Of a stretch of 64,000 bases of DNA, positions 42,776-54,700 are shown one piece after another. The stretch lies in the NCBI RefSeq assembly GCF_009914755.1, contig NC_060933.1; one strand, written 5' to 3'. The translations under genes and the position numbers were made by a program. Origin of the DNA: the human T2T-CHM13v2.0 reference genome, Homo sapiens. The notes under the pieces were generated by a model. It saw only the letters and a program-made list of their open reading frames with translations. It was not told where the DNA came from and did not search any database. Position 1 is the first letter of the stretch. Each line of letters opens with the position of its first letter.

Positions 42776-45700
42776 GTAGGTAGGCCTGGGGCTGAGGGAA
42801 TGACTTTAGTGTAACTGTAGGTTTTTCTTTCAGATTGTTATGCTCTTGTTCCAGACAGATATCCACTTTATGTTTTGACACATGGTACCATTTCTAATAT
42901 CTTCTCATAAAAGTGATTCTGAATTTTATATGTTGGCAAAAATTAATTGTGATCTATATCATTACGTTGTGTTCTAGCCATCCACTAATCTGTGTAGACA
43001 TTTCGTATTGATCTTAAGACAAACGTGTTGACACAGTTAGGTGTCTCTGAACCCTCACTTGTGGGGTGCAAGGGGATAGCTCCGTGACCAGTTGGGGCTT
43101 CTTGGTCACACTGTCTTCTGATGACAGCGAGAAGTGCCAACAAGGCTGTGAAAGAAGTTTGAGCCATCATCTGACTGCCACATGGAAAAGTGCTTTCTGT
43201 GTTCCTGACATTTTAAGCTCACCCATTATGTGAAGGAAACTGAATGTGTGATGTTAGCTTAACTAGAGCATGAGGAGACTAGACCTGTTAGGTGTCTGTC
43301 TCTGTGACTCTTGTAGCTTCCCTGGTCAGGGCACCCAGATACTGGTGCTTCTGTAGGGAGATAGCACTTGGCAGGGCCAGGCCGTGCAGGAGAACTCTGA
43401 GCATCTGTCCAGCCAGGCTGAGGCCTTCTGTTGCCCTGCACCAGCAGGGCCCAGGCCCTCTTTGTTACACTCTCAGAGACCCTCCCGGCTGTCTGTTCTC
43501 AGCCCTGTTGAGTTGGGGAGCAGATAGAAATGAAAAATTTACACATGCCAGATAGTTCTGCTGTGAATTTGATCTTTTCTTTTCTAAATTTAATGATTTA
43601 TTTTCTTCCATTTTGGTTTATTTGCCTTTGCTCTTTCCTGTTGACACAGAAGTCAGTTTTTACTTAACGTTCTCTTTCTTTTCTCCTCCATAAAGGAAAA
43701 CTCTACACCCCTGACAGTCAGGAACATGAGTGACACGTCATACCCTGGTATACTTGGTGTAAATGAACACCAATACATTTCCATCCTAGTCTCACCAACC
43801 TGCTGAAAGATGTAAAAAAAAATCATTCAGTGACTAGAACAGTTTGCTATCTTTCCAGGCTTTCATACGGAAGAAGCTCCAAACGTTCCTAGTGAAGTGA
43901 GGCCTTGGCACACCTCTCTGACAGCCTGTGAATACCCCATCCTATAGTGCTGGGCTTCCCCAGCCACCAAGCTGACTTGCCAGAGTCACCCTTTCTGTTG
44001 CTTGTGTGCTGCATTCTCACATATGTGTGAAACTGTCTGTAGCGTCGGCTCGGCTCTGCTGTGGTAGCAGGTGCCAATAGTTTGAAATAAGGGTCTGGGT
44101 TTGAATCCAGCTACCTTATTTGTGACTGTGGGTAGATTCCTTCTCTCTGAGCCTGGATTTTATCATTTTATCATTAGAGATTTATAGTGTGGAGGTGGGG
44201 ATGAGATTGTGAGAGCGCCACAGGCTTCCTGCACAGTGCCCGGGTCACTGACTCTACTTCCCTGTGGCCGGTGCCTGTCTCAGCACGTCTCAGCGCAGTG
44301 TAAGTCAGTGAAATGTCTGGTTTACGTACATGGTTCCAGGTATCAGTTTAAGGTATTATTAGTTGTGTAAAATGAAACATAAATATATATAGAAGTATTC
44401 TAAAATGTTATCCATCTGTTCTTCAAAGCAAGGCATTTGTCATATTCTTTTTTTTTTTAATTGTAAAGTAATATATTTGTCCTATTGAAATATATTGGCC
44501 TTCTCAAAAACTGTTTCTTGTCAAGATGCTTTTCAGGCAGAATTTTAGATTTTACAGTATGATTGTTAGAAGGTTATATGGGCATCCAGATTATGACATT
44601 TATTTTTAGATTGATAATCTACATAGAACAACACTAAGGCTTGCAAGTGTAGGGTCTGTGTGATCTCAGGTGGCGCTGGCATGGTGCCTCGGCTCTCCAG
44701 TTTTAGTAGACAGGTGTGTCCCCTCCTTGCTTGGCACTTTCCTAACACTTGGCCTCCCCTGCCCCACCATCCTAGGTGCATGATCCTCTAGATCCTCTTA
44801 CCCTCCAAGAGCCCCAGACACTCTAGGGACAGATACCCTGGGGATGGGTGCTTGTGGGTCTGCGTGGTTAATAAGCATTCCACATGAGCCTTTAAGCTTA
44901 ACAACAGTTTGAGAACACTTATTGTTCTTTACATGCTATGGAAGATAAGCAAGAGTTGTGCCAATGTTGCCATGTACTTCTAGGCCAGGATTTAGTAATT
45001 TTTTGCCCCCTGCGTCTCCCAGCTTGCTGACTCATGCATCTCTATCAGCACATGCTCATCCACCTCCTGAGCCGCTATCCATTGTCTGCTCACAATGCGC
45101 CCTCAGTGGCTGCTTTCTCAGTGGGACAGACCACTACACTCTGGGGATGCCTGCAATGGTTTTTGACGTGTCTGAGCCACTGCTGGGGTTTCCTCTAGTT
45201 TTGTTAAGTTGCAGGCAGAGATTGTGCATGAGCAGTGGTTTCTCCAAGCTCCATGAAGACCGGGAAACCTGAACAGGGTGGGTGAACTTTTCATGGCGTG
45301 CATGCAGTATCCTTGGCTGGACAGTCCATTGTGTGACAGCAGAATCTTTTTGCAGCTTTTTTTCCCCCTTTTTTTAAAAGACAGAACTATAATGAAGTTG
45401 ATTGGAAGATAGGAGAATTATCTGGTCTTAAAACCTCTCCATCTGTCATGTGAGTCAGTTACAAAGGCAGGCCAGTTGACCCATGCTGGCATGTCCTATG
45501 GCCAGCACTGGTTTTCAGAAGGTAGTTTGGGCATGGAACCTTATAGTCGAAGGGTGAGTGCACGGAGCACCACAGCCATCCCTGCCTCAGGGTCACACTG
45601 TGCACTGAGGTTCCAGTGTGGTGCTGCATCCTGCTGGCCCTGCTCAAGCCCCTGCACATCCTCTGCTACCTGTAGACAGTGCATTTCACATTCGCCTGAG

Positions 45701-46560
45701 GACTATGGTAAACCCATATACTACAAGTGAACAAAGACTTTAGGAAATAATGCTTATTCACACCATGCATTCTGGTCTGTCCTGTTTCAGTTTTTTTAAA
45801 TGCTCATTAAACCCACGAAATTGTATTCCCAGACTGTTAATGGGTAACAGCACAGTTACCTCTCATTCTGTAATTTGAGATGCTCTTTGATCTTCTCATC
45901 TCTTTTTCCTTATCCCCTTTTTTTTTTCACTACTTTGTTAAATAAAGCCATCCTCCAAATAAGTTCCCATGAACTCCCTGTTCTGTGAACCCACCAAGTT
46001 TGTGCCATCTCGCTTTGCCTAGAGTGTACCTTCCCTGTCTTTCAGATTTTCCAGTTCGAGTCACCTCCAGTGTTAGCTCTAATGCCCCCTCCACATGAAT
46101 AGGCTGGAGCGCCCTGTGTGGTGTATTGTCGCCTTACATTTATTTATAACTTATGTGTAGTATTCGATCCAGATAACATTTAAGTCTTCTACTACCTCAT
46201 AATTGCCAATTAAATGCTGATCTTTGTCTTGCTGTGACGATGGAAAGATCCTCCAAGGCAAGGCTTGCCTTTGTTTCCTCTGCATCCTCTATAGCGCTAA
46301 GCAAATCACAGACCATCTCTGAACTGCCTGGTGACTCCTCTAAGTTAGGTGTTCGATAGTTTCTTTTCCATAGTATGTGGTTATCACCTACCCTTTTGAA
46401 GCAGGAAGAAATATTAGTATAATAGAGTTATTTCTCGATGTTGTGTTTATTTTAAAAGTATTGTTATTATGAGCCTGAAGACTTAGCTGAGGCCCTTCTT
46501 ATCATTGTCAGCTGGTTTGTGAAAGTGATTGGACAGTAATCATGTTCATTTTATGTTTAG

Positions 46561-46648
46561 CCATATCAGCGGGAACAAGATTGGCTGGGAGAAGACGGGA
46601 AGCCACTCAGAGCCTCAGGCACGAGGAGACCCAGGAGACCAAACAAAG
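46561..46648 (+). CDS. FAM120A: FAM120A coding exon 8 (88 nt, (N)HISGNKIGWEKTGSHSEPQARGDPGDQTK)
   Basis: Acceptor ttttatgtttag|C and donor AAG|gtagaa; phase 2-0; manual translation. Confidence 0.96.
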
Positions 46649-47019
46649 GTAGAAAGTCTATGCCTTTTAGTTTTTGAGTTCTGACTCATTTTGTATTAGC
46701 ACACTGTATTAGTGATCAAATAGTGAAAAATAATATCTCTCTCTTTTAATCGGGTCATGTAAACCTTTACAAAGGGGATAAGCGGGAAAGGAAGAGTTCA
46801 GAGCTATGCCCAAGCCGGCTAGTCTTTCTGCATGGCAGGCACCTGATGCATTTCCTTGTTTGCTCATTGTGTCATCTTGGACAAGGTGCTTAGGACCTTC
46901 CTGAGCCCACATTTGTTGTAGGTTTTTGTGAAAATTCACTGAAAAGGCACCGGGGATGCTAAATTTAACTCCCCCACCCCCCTTTTTTCTTTATCTTTTT
47001 AAAAAAATTTTTGTATTTA

Positions 47020-47327
<308 letters not shown>

Positions 47328-48758
47328 TCTCCCTGCTTTTCTTCTACTTCTACCTGTTAATAGTGATATCTAAAAATATCTTTTTAATTTGCAAAGCCAT
47401 GTACGTCTGCCACATGTGATTACCAAGAAGGAGCCGGTTTCCTGCCTGAAGGTTTTGGTGGTTAATATGCAGGGTTGCCTGAATATCAGACGTTTGTCTA
47501 AAGAAGTCATACTATTAAATGATTGTTCTGCAAATAAGCAACAAAAATCCTTTGTGGATACATATTATTTTCAAAGCACCTTCCAAAGCATTTTGAGTTG
47601 TTCTACATCTGTATTCTTATGGAATGGAAAGTGTAGAAAACACCAGTGAATTATCTATGAGTTATTCTTCTTAAGACTAATTTTGGCACTTTGTGTTTTA
47701 AAAAATAAAATTAAGGACTTAATTACACACCATTGTAAAGAGTATACTTTGTTTCAAAACAGAAAAATGTATATGTCTTTAGGGTGGCATTAAATCAATC
47801 AATAAGCAGTTCTTATTTTCAACATTATTCTGATAAAGTTTATTATACAAATAATCATTGCTCTTAGGCAACTATTCAGACAATTCAGACTGCTAAAGTG
47901 TCTCCTTCCTTTTTCCTTTCCTTAGTTCTACTGCCTCGCAGCAGTCCATCACTGTGGTAATAATCTGGGGACCAGACTCTTTCCTGTGTATGTCCATACA
48001 CTCCATGTTTGGGGGCTTAGTTGTTACAGAATGGGTGTTTTCACCGAACAGTGTATCATGGACCTCTTTCTATGTCATTATCCATAGATCTGAGACATTG
48101 TTTTTAATGGGATTATGCTGTGGCTTAGCAGGTTTTTGGGGCTTTTGGTTTAATTTTTGCTTGTGTATAATTAACTTAGGGCTTTATAATGACTACAGAG
48201 AATGCTTGAGTTTGGGTTTTTTTTGTTCTTTAAGTACCAGCTGTGGCATGGAGTCAGCCCTGGATTAGAATTCCATTTCTATGTGTTAGGGTTGTGTAAC
48301 TGTGTTCAGACTGCACAGCCTCTTGGAGTGTTAGTTTTCCTGTTTGTATAGAGATCTTAGGCAAAGTCTCGAGAAAACAGAAACACAGGAATGGACCACA
48401 TGGATGATGGACAAGTGAGAGCCAAACAAGATAGCAAGGCTCCTGCCTCCCAGCACCCTGCCGTATCTGCAGAGGGACTGCAGGGTGACACAGAACAGCA
48501 GGGAGCAACAGGCCCGCTCTCCTGTGGCACAGTAGATGTTGATGCTGTTTCAGTGTGGGAAGCTGTTCAAGGAGAGGACTGGATCAGAGTGCTCTCTGTT
48601 TCCTCTGTCTTTAGGGTGGCACCAAATCTGGTCTCTCTAAGACAGGACTCATCTTTGTCCCCTCCGTGTCTGTCAGGTGAACAGGCACCTACCATACTTT
48701 AAATGAATGAAAACATGACATACACTCGTTTTCCTCCCTTCTGCTCTCTGCACTGTAG

Positions 48759-48986
48759 GCAGAAGGCTCGTCCACTGCCTCTTCAGGAAGCCAACTAGCC
48801 GAAGGCAAGGGAAGCCAGATGGGCACTGTCCAGCCAATCCCGTGCCTCCTGTCGATGCCCACCAGGAACCACATGGACATCACCACACCTCCCCTGCCCC
48901 CCGTCGCACCTGAGGTGCTGAGAGTGGCCGAGCACAGGCACAAGAAGGGGCTGATGTACCCCTACATCTTCCATGTCCTGACGAAG
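48759..48986 (+). CDS. FAM120A: FAM120A coding exon 9 (228 nt, AEGSSTASS...YIFHVLTK)
   Basis: Acceptor cactgtag|GCA and donor AAG|gtatta; overlaps ORF 48819..49139; phase 0-0. Confidence 0.97.
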
Positions 48987-49139
48987 GTATTATCAAAGGG
49001 GCCCTGGAGTGGCTTCTGTTATTTGATGAGTGGCCATTCCTATGGGTGTTTTGTCCTTTTGTCCTTTTTTGAACCATTTTTCTGTCTTACTAATCTACTT
49101 GAAACAAAGTTCACTTTCCCCTTTCTAAACATTGAATGA
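48987..49139 (+). CDS. FAM120A: Alternative C-terminus from intron 9 read-through (50 aa, VLSKGPWSGF...FPFLNIE*), predicted 628-aa isoform
   Basis: Frame stays open for 50 codons past the exon 9 donor; AATAAA at 49861, 50793 and 51211; length agrees with a short isoform I recall. Confidence 0.55.
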   Translation, partial: VLSKGPWSGFCYLMSGHSYGCFVLLSFFEPFFCLTNLLETKFTFPFLNIE

Positions 49140-51559
49140 AAGATGAACATTTATAACTGTAAATAGTTTTAAAATAACTCGTGAAAAGTCTCACTTTTTT
49201 CCTTCAACTTAGTATAGAATATTTTATACTTCTAATGAAATAATGCATCACATTATTTTATGACTTGTAATTTTATTCTTTTTACTTCAATTTCAGAATT
49301 TTCTTAAACCATATTTGTGCTGTAATGTCAGGTTTAATTCTGATGTCAGATACAATATCTGGTTCCTTTATCATTTGTGCTTAGAAAATAATGTTTCCCC
49401 CTTTGAATGGCTCATAGTGCTTCATGTGTTTTGACTTGTTCATGACCTCATTGAGTGCAGTTTTAATAGTGCTAAGAACAAAAAATATAATACAGGATTT
49501 TGTTAACATACGCATAGTCAGAAAATGAAACTATCATTTTATACAGTGTCATAATTTCACTTTATTAGTGTCTTAATGTATGCTTAAATATATACATATA
49601 GTGTGGCATCAATTATTTTTAATCTTGGTGTCTCAAATGTATCTATGTGTATTTAAATTTCCTCAGTGATTTGTAGTCTTTATGTTGGCACTTTTAATCT
49701 TAGCCCCACAATTTAACAAGTTACCTCAGTTACTAGATTAATCCTGCAGAACTGGTTTATTGCTATCATGTATTATTAACATGAATACCTATATGACCAT
49801 ATATAACCAGACTTTTCTGTCTATTCTCTACAACCCATCTGTGGTTTGTAAAATGGAGTCAATAAATGCAATAATGAACTCCTGTTCTCAAATACTCCTG
49901 AGGTGGACTTCAACTGTTAACTGACTAATCCAAATATTGCTTACTTTTATTAATTAAAGGACATGGAAAACATGTAGCCAGTACTATTTGCTCAGATCCT
50001 TTAATTTATTTTTTAGTTGTAATGCCTCCAAATCTCATCTATTATTTGATATGGGTATGCATTTATAGTATCACTTTTCAGATTATGGTTGTAAGGTGAA
50101 CATTTTATTTTTCAGGTTCAACATAAATTATAAAGGGTAAGTGAAAAGTAATTGTTGTGGGGAAAACATTTTGCTAAGTTTAAGGAACCAAAGTTTTGGG
50201 AAGACATCTTTCAAAATAAGGTGTGAAGAAACAACACTCATTCCTCGTGGGGCTGTTTGAAATGTAAGGTCCCCAGGAGCTACCTGTTATGTCCACACTG
50301 CTGGATCTGATGCGTGGATAGTCGGTTAGATCTATATGAGGGTTGCAAATTGTACCGACATGCTTTCTTATTTCTTATGAATTTCAAGGGCAAATACTGA
50401 TAAAATGACCATGGTTGAGAAAATTGTCTTTTCACATTTTAAAATGCTACTTAAGTTTTTTCAGTTTATCCTATAAGCTGAATGGCTCTGGTATTAATTG
50501 CCCAGGCTAAGACATTTACAGTGAGATGCATCTTTATGGTAATGAAGAGAATTTGCAAAGCATCATATTATTGAGATAAATATTCCCTAGATGAGAGTGT
50601 TAGAACACATGTAGCTACTGGATTAATGAATATGAAAGTATGGAGGGTAAGGGGAAAGACCAGTTTTTAAATTAAACTTATGTGAATGAAAGAAACAGCA
50701 AATATTACAAAATTATTATTTAAAGCATATATATCAATGAACTTCATAGACATTGAGGTCATAAATGCATTGTTGTGCTCTGAGTATAATTAAATAAAAT
50801 TTGTTGCATGATATCTTGAGATGTATCTTGATGCTGTAAGATCCCTGAGACAGATTAATTTTGGCAACAATCTTAGCTGCCAAAGGCCACAGTCAGTCAT
50901 TTGTCTCTTGGCAGCATGTTCTTGAGTCAGATGCAGTTCTTGCCGTATTGGCCCTGGGACATGAAAAAGGTGGAGTGCTTTTGGTTTCTGCCCTAGTGGC
51001 TATGCATGTCCTAGCCACTGTACTGAGACACATTTCTTGAGCACCTGCCACACTATGGCAGAAGCCTAACACACGAGGTGGTAATTTGCCATGGAAGAAC
51101 TTAGCAAAGAAAATTTGACCATTATATTTTCAGGATACTCAGTTCTTTAGTTTGCATGTAGGTAATTGAAAATTTTCAATTATATTGCATGTGACCATCC
51201 CAACTCTCTAAATAAAAGTTGCGAGTTCTCAGTCTTTTCTATTCTGTTTCTTGTCTGATGTTATCTGTCTGGATTGTTTCAAAGACTTTGGAACATCTAC
51301 ATGGTTTTCTTTTGTTCTTGGTTTTGGATTAAACATAAAATGATGTAGATTTTATTTTGATTCTTTGAGCATATGCTTTGGCCACAGCCTGCCAAATGAA
51401 CTCTTCCTAAACATCTTTATTTAGGCAAGTTGTTAAGCAGTTGATTTGGAATGGAATTGCAATGTCATTAACTGGAGATAATACAGTATATTTCTGTGAG
51501 TGTATTGTAAATTCAACATGAAAAATGTGCAATGTTATTCTGCTTTCTTCCATGCAAAG

Positions 51560-51734
51560 GGTGAAATCAAAATTGCTGTTTCTATTGAAGATGAAGCCAA
51601 CAAGGACCTGCCTCCGGCCGCTCTGCTCTATAGGCCAGTTCGTCAGTATGTTTACGGAGTCCTGTTTAGTTTGGCAGAAAGCAGAAAGAAAACTGAGAGA
51701 CTTGCTTTTAGAAAGAACAGACTTCCACCAGAAT
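51560..51734 (+). CDS. FAM120A: FAM120A coding exon 10 (175 nt, GEIKIAVSIEDEANK...KNRLPPE)
   Basis: Acceptor catgcaaag|GGT and donor AAT|gtatgt; overlaps ORF 51500..51781; phase 0-1. Confidence 0.97.
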
Positions 51735-51781
51735 GTATGTACTGTAACAATCCATTGTTTGTTTTCCTCGGTACCTCGTAA
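51735..51781 (+). CDS. FAM120A: Alternative C-terminus from intron 10 read-through (CMYCNNPLFVFLGTS*), predicted 651-aa isoform
   Basis: Open past the exon 10 donor to TAA ending at 51781; AATAAA at 51966-51971; length agrees with a short isoform I recall. Confidence 0.5.
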
Positions 51782-54700
51782 TCTCTTGTGCATTTTCTAA
51801 AGCCTTAGAAGAATCATGACTGAGTTGACCCCGAGTGCCTCTGTGTAAAGGAGGTGGGCCCATCATCGGGGCAGTAGGCCAGGGTAAAGGCTCTTAGAAA
51901 AGGAGGAGAAGCCACAGACTTTCTTCCTCAGTAACATTCCAATAATGATGTTTATTCAGTAAAATAATAAAACAGGTTTACACTTTAAAGTGAATGTTGA
52001 TCTGAAAGCAGACTTGAATTGCCGCCACTCTCTGTAATTACCACGTCTTGGTAATCAGGACGAGTGAGTTTCTGTGCTCTGGTTTTCATGAAGCACAGAT
52101 CTGCTCTCTCCAGAAGGCCAGGGTCCTGGAGAAAACTTCCAGCAGGTCTCTGGTTGGCCATGTTTGTGCTGTTGGAGTGCCACCACGCATGGCTCTGCAG
52201 CTGTAGCGAAGGTCGTGGGACTCATGGATCGTCGCAGGATTGTGATGATTTGTCTCGGAATCCTCTGAGACCTGTGCACTTCCAGCTGATCAACTCTGGG
52301 AGTGGGGGGTGCAGGTGGAAACACTGAAAAGGATTGTTTGAAAAGTTGGTCAAAGATGAGGTCAAAGCATTTTTCTTTATCTTCTAGTGGGCCTGTGTAA
52401 TACTTGGAGAAAATGATGCCTTTCTGTTCTAGGTAATTTTATCTCCTAATGTAAGGAATGTAAAAGTAACTGTATATTTAGTTGGAAATACAGAAAAGAA
52501 TCCTCAAACATACAGTCTGAGAATATTATGAATTGTGGAAATTGTAAATTACTAGATCATTCTTTGAGCCATGGATAATTAGTTACAGACTATTTGTTTG
52601 TGTGGTGGGTCAATGCAGTCCTCCTGAGATGGTGAAGCTCCTTGTCAGCACTGACTGTGTGCAGTGCTGAGCTTTGGAACTTTAACCTAAGTTCATTAGA
52701 TTTAAAATATTTCTGTTTGCAATTACTATGACAAACTTGCAATCTGTAAGGCTTTAAAGTGAAGCAGTTCTCACTACCTTTCCTTGGTGATAGTTGTCCT
52801 GAGAGTGATTGCTGAGCTGCTGGTGTGACTGTCACTGGCAGGAGGTGATGCTCGCTCTGCAGGGCTGTGAGCATCTCCACCCTCTGTGTCTTCAGTGGTT
52901 GGAGATACCATGTGGAACAATGAACATTGTAAATGACATTCTTCTCAAAGGTTCAGGACATTCTTCAATGTACCTGTTTTCATTCTTTTCTCACATTGTG
53001 TGATCCATTTGCTCTCAAAAGAATGACATTTCTTACTTTGCACATGGCTGGTCACTTGTCCTGGCCTGTCTCTACCCTTCACTTCTGCAGGCTGACCAGG
53101 CCCTCAGACCCCCTTTTTTCAGTTGTTCCTCTCTCCTGGGCTTAGCCTGCTTGTGTTGCAGGCTCTGTCTAGTCCCAAATCCTGTGACATCCTGGGTGTT
53201 GCAGCTCCTTTGTCCTCAGTTTCAGAGCACTGCAGTGGCTTCATGGTAGAAGGTATTCTTTTTTATTTGCTTGTGTGTTCTAAAAACAGAGTTACCTTTA
53301 CATAGCAAACTCCTTCAGGCATTTCCAATGATCACCTCAGGTTGAATAGGAACAGGCTTTGTGGCTTCTGTGCTGTCCCGTGGAGTCAGATGTGACAGTC
53401 CCCTACCCCTCCAGTGTTGGGCCATTCGGCATCATTGGTGTGCTGCAGTACCAAACACGCCCAGGAAGTGGAGTCTTGACCTCGTGCCTGCTGCATGTCT
53501 GCAGCACGCACGGCTGATGGTGCTTCTCATGCTAGCTCCCCATCAGCTGTCTTGGTCTAGGTTGGGAGGTCTCCGTCTGGGCCTGGGAGAGGCTGTCCTG
53601 TTAATGCACAGTAGAGAAGGCTCTCAGAAGGGCCAGAATATGCAGAGCACGTAGGTGGTGGGGGACAGGAGGGGAGGTGGGGATTGTGGAAGCCAGGGCA
53701 GGCCACAGCTTTCATGGTGTCAGACTGCCCCGACCTTCTCTGAGCACACCAACTCCAGCTGGAATCAGAGGTCACAGGAATGGAGCCATCCTGTGGCTCC
53801 TTTTCTTCCAAAGGAAGAAAAGACAAGAAGGGTTGGGGAAGTCTGAAATGACTCAAGTGAATGGGGGTGCCATTGATGTAGGTGGAGGAGGAAAGGGACA
53901 CAGGAGAACACAAAACAGGATGGTGGCAGCAGGTGGCACTGGGTCTTCTCTTGAGACATGGCTGAGATGGACAAGGGAACGCCGTATCTTCAAAGTGAGA
54001 ACTTACAGGAACTCCCTTCCCTCCTCTCCTCTTCTCCTTCTTTTTAAGGATGGGAGACTGAATAGTTTGGTTATTGTTATGTTATTTTTTTGGCCAATGG
54101 GGAGGATTTAGTGGGGGAGAGGTGAGTTTATCAGAGAGAATAGGAAAAAATTAGACAGTCCTGATAAAGAGTTTGTATTAGTAGACTTAGGTGGGAAGGA
54201 GAAGCAGAGGCAGAAGTCCATACTTTGGGGCCATCTTTGTTGGTGAAGGCAGGAAGGATTGGGGGTAAGGATACCTCAGATTTGGTTTGGGAAAGGGAGT
54301 CAACTAGCACTGAGGAAAAGGACAGAGGCCCAGCCAGCTGCACTTATTAGTTGATCATGGAGCATGGGTATTTTCTGCACTGTAGTTTAGTACTTCTTTG
54401 CCAATGGTAGTTTAGTACTTCTTCAATGGTAAATGAGATTTTAAAAGGATTTCATAAACATTTATGTCTTTTGCTATTGTGTGTATTACCCTTAGAGCAG
54501 TGTGCAGCAGGCAGTGAAAGAATGAATAATTGGTTTAGGTACACACAACTTATTGGAGATGAAGACCCGGTTTGGTGCGTCAGAAAATTAAACTTTGTTG
54601 TGTGAGGGTGTGCGTAAGTGCTGAGATGCTTTGAAAGGTCAGTGCTAAACAAATTGCAGTCTTTTCTGCTCAAGTGATTTATGAACTTTGATTTTGATAT

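Noticed and set aside
54382-54431. Short direct duplication gtagtttagtacttctt...caatgg
   Set aside because: Ordinary slippage duplication with no sign of function.
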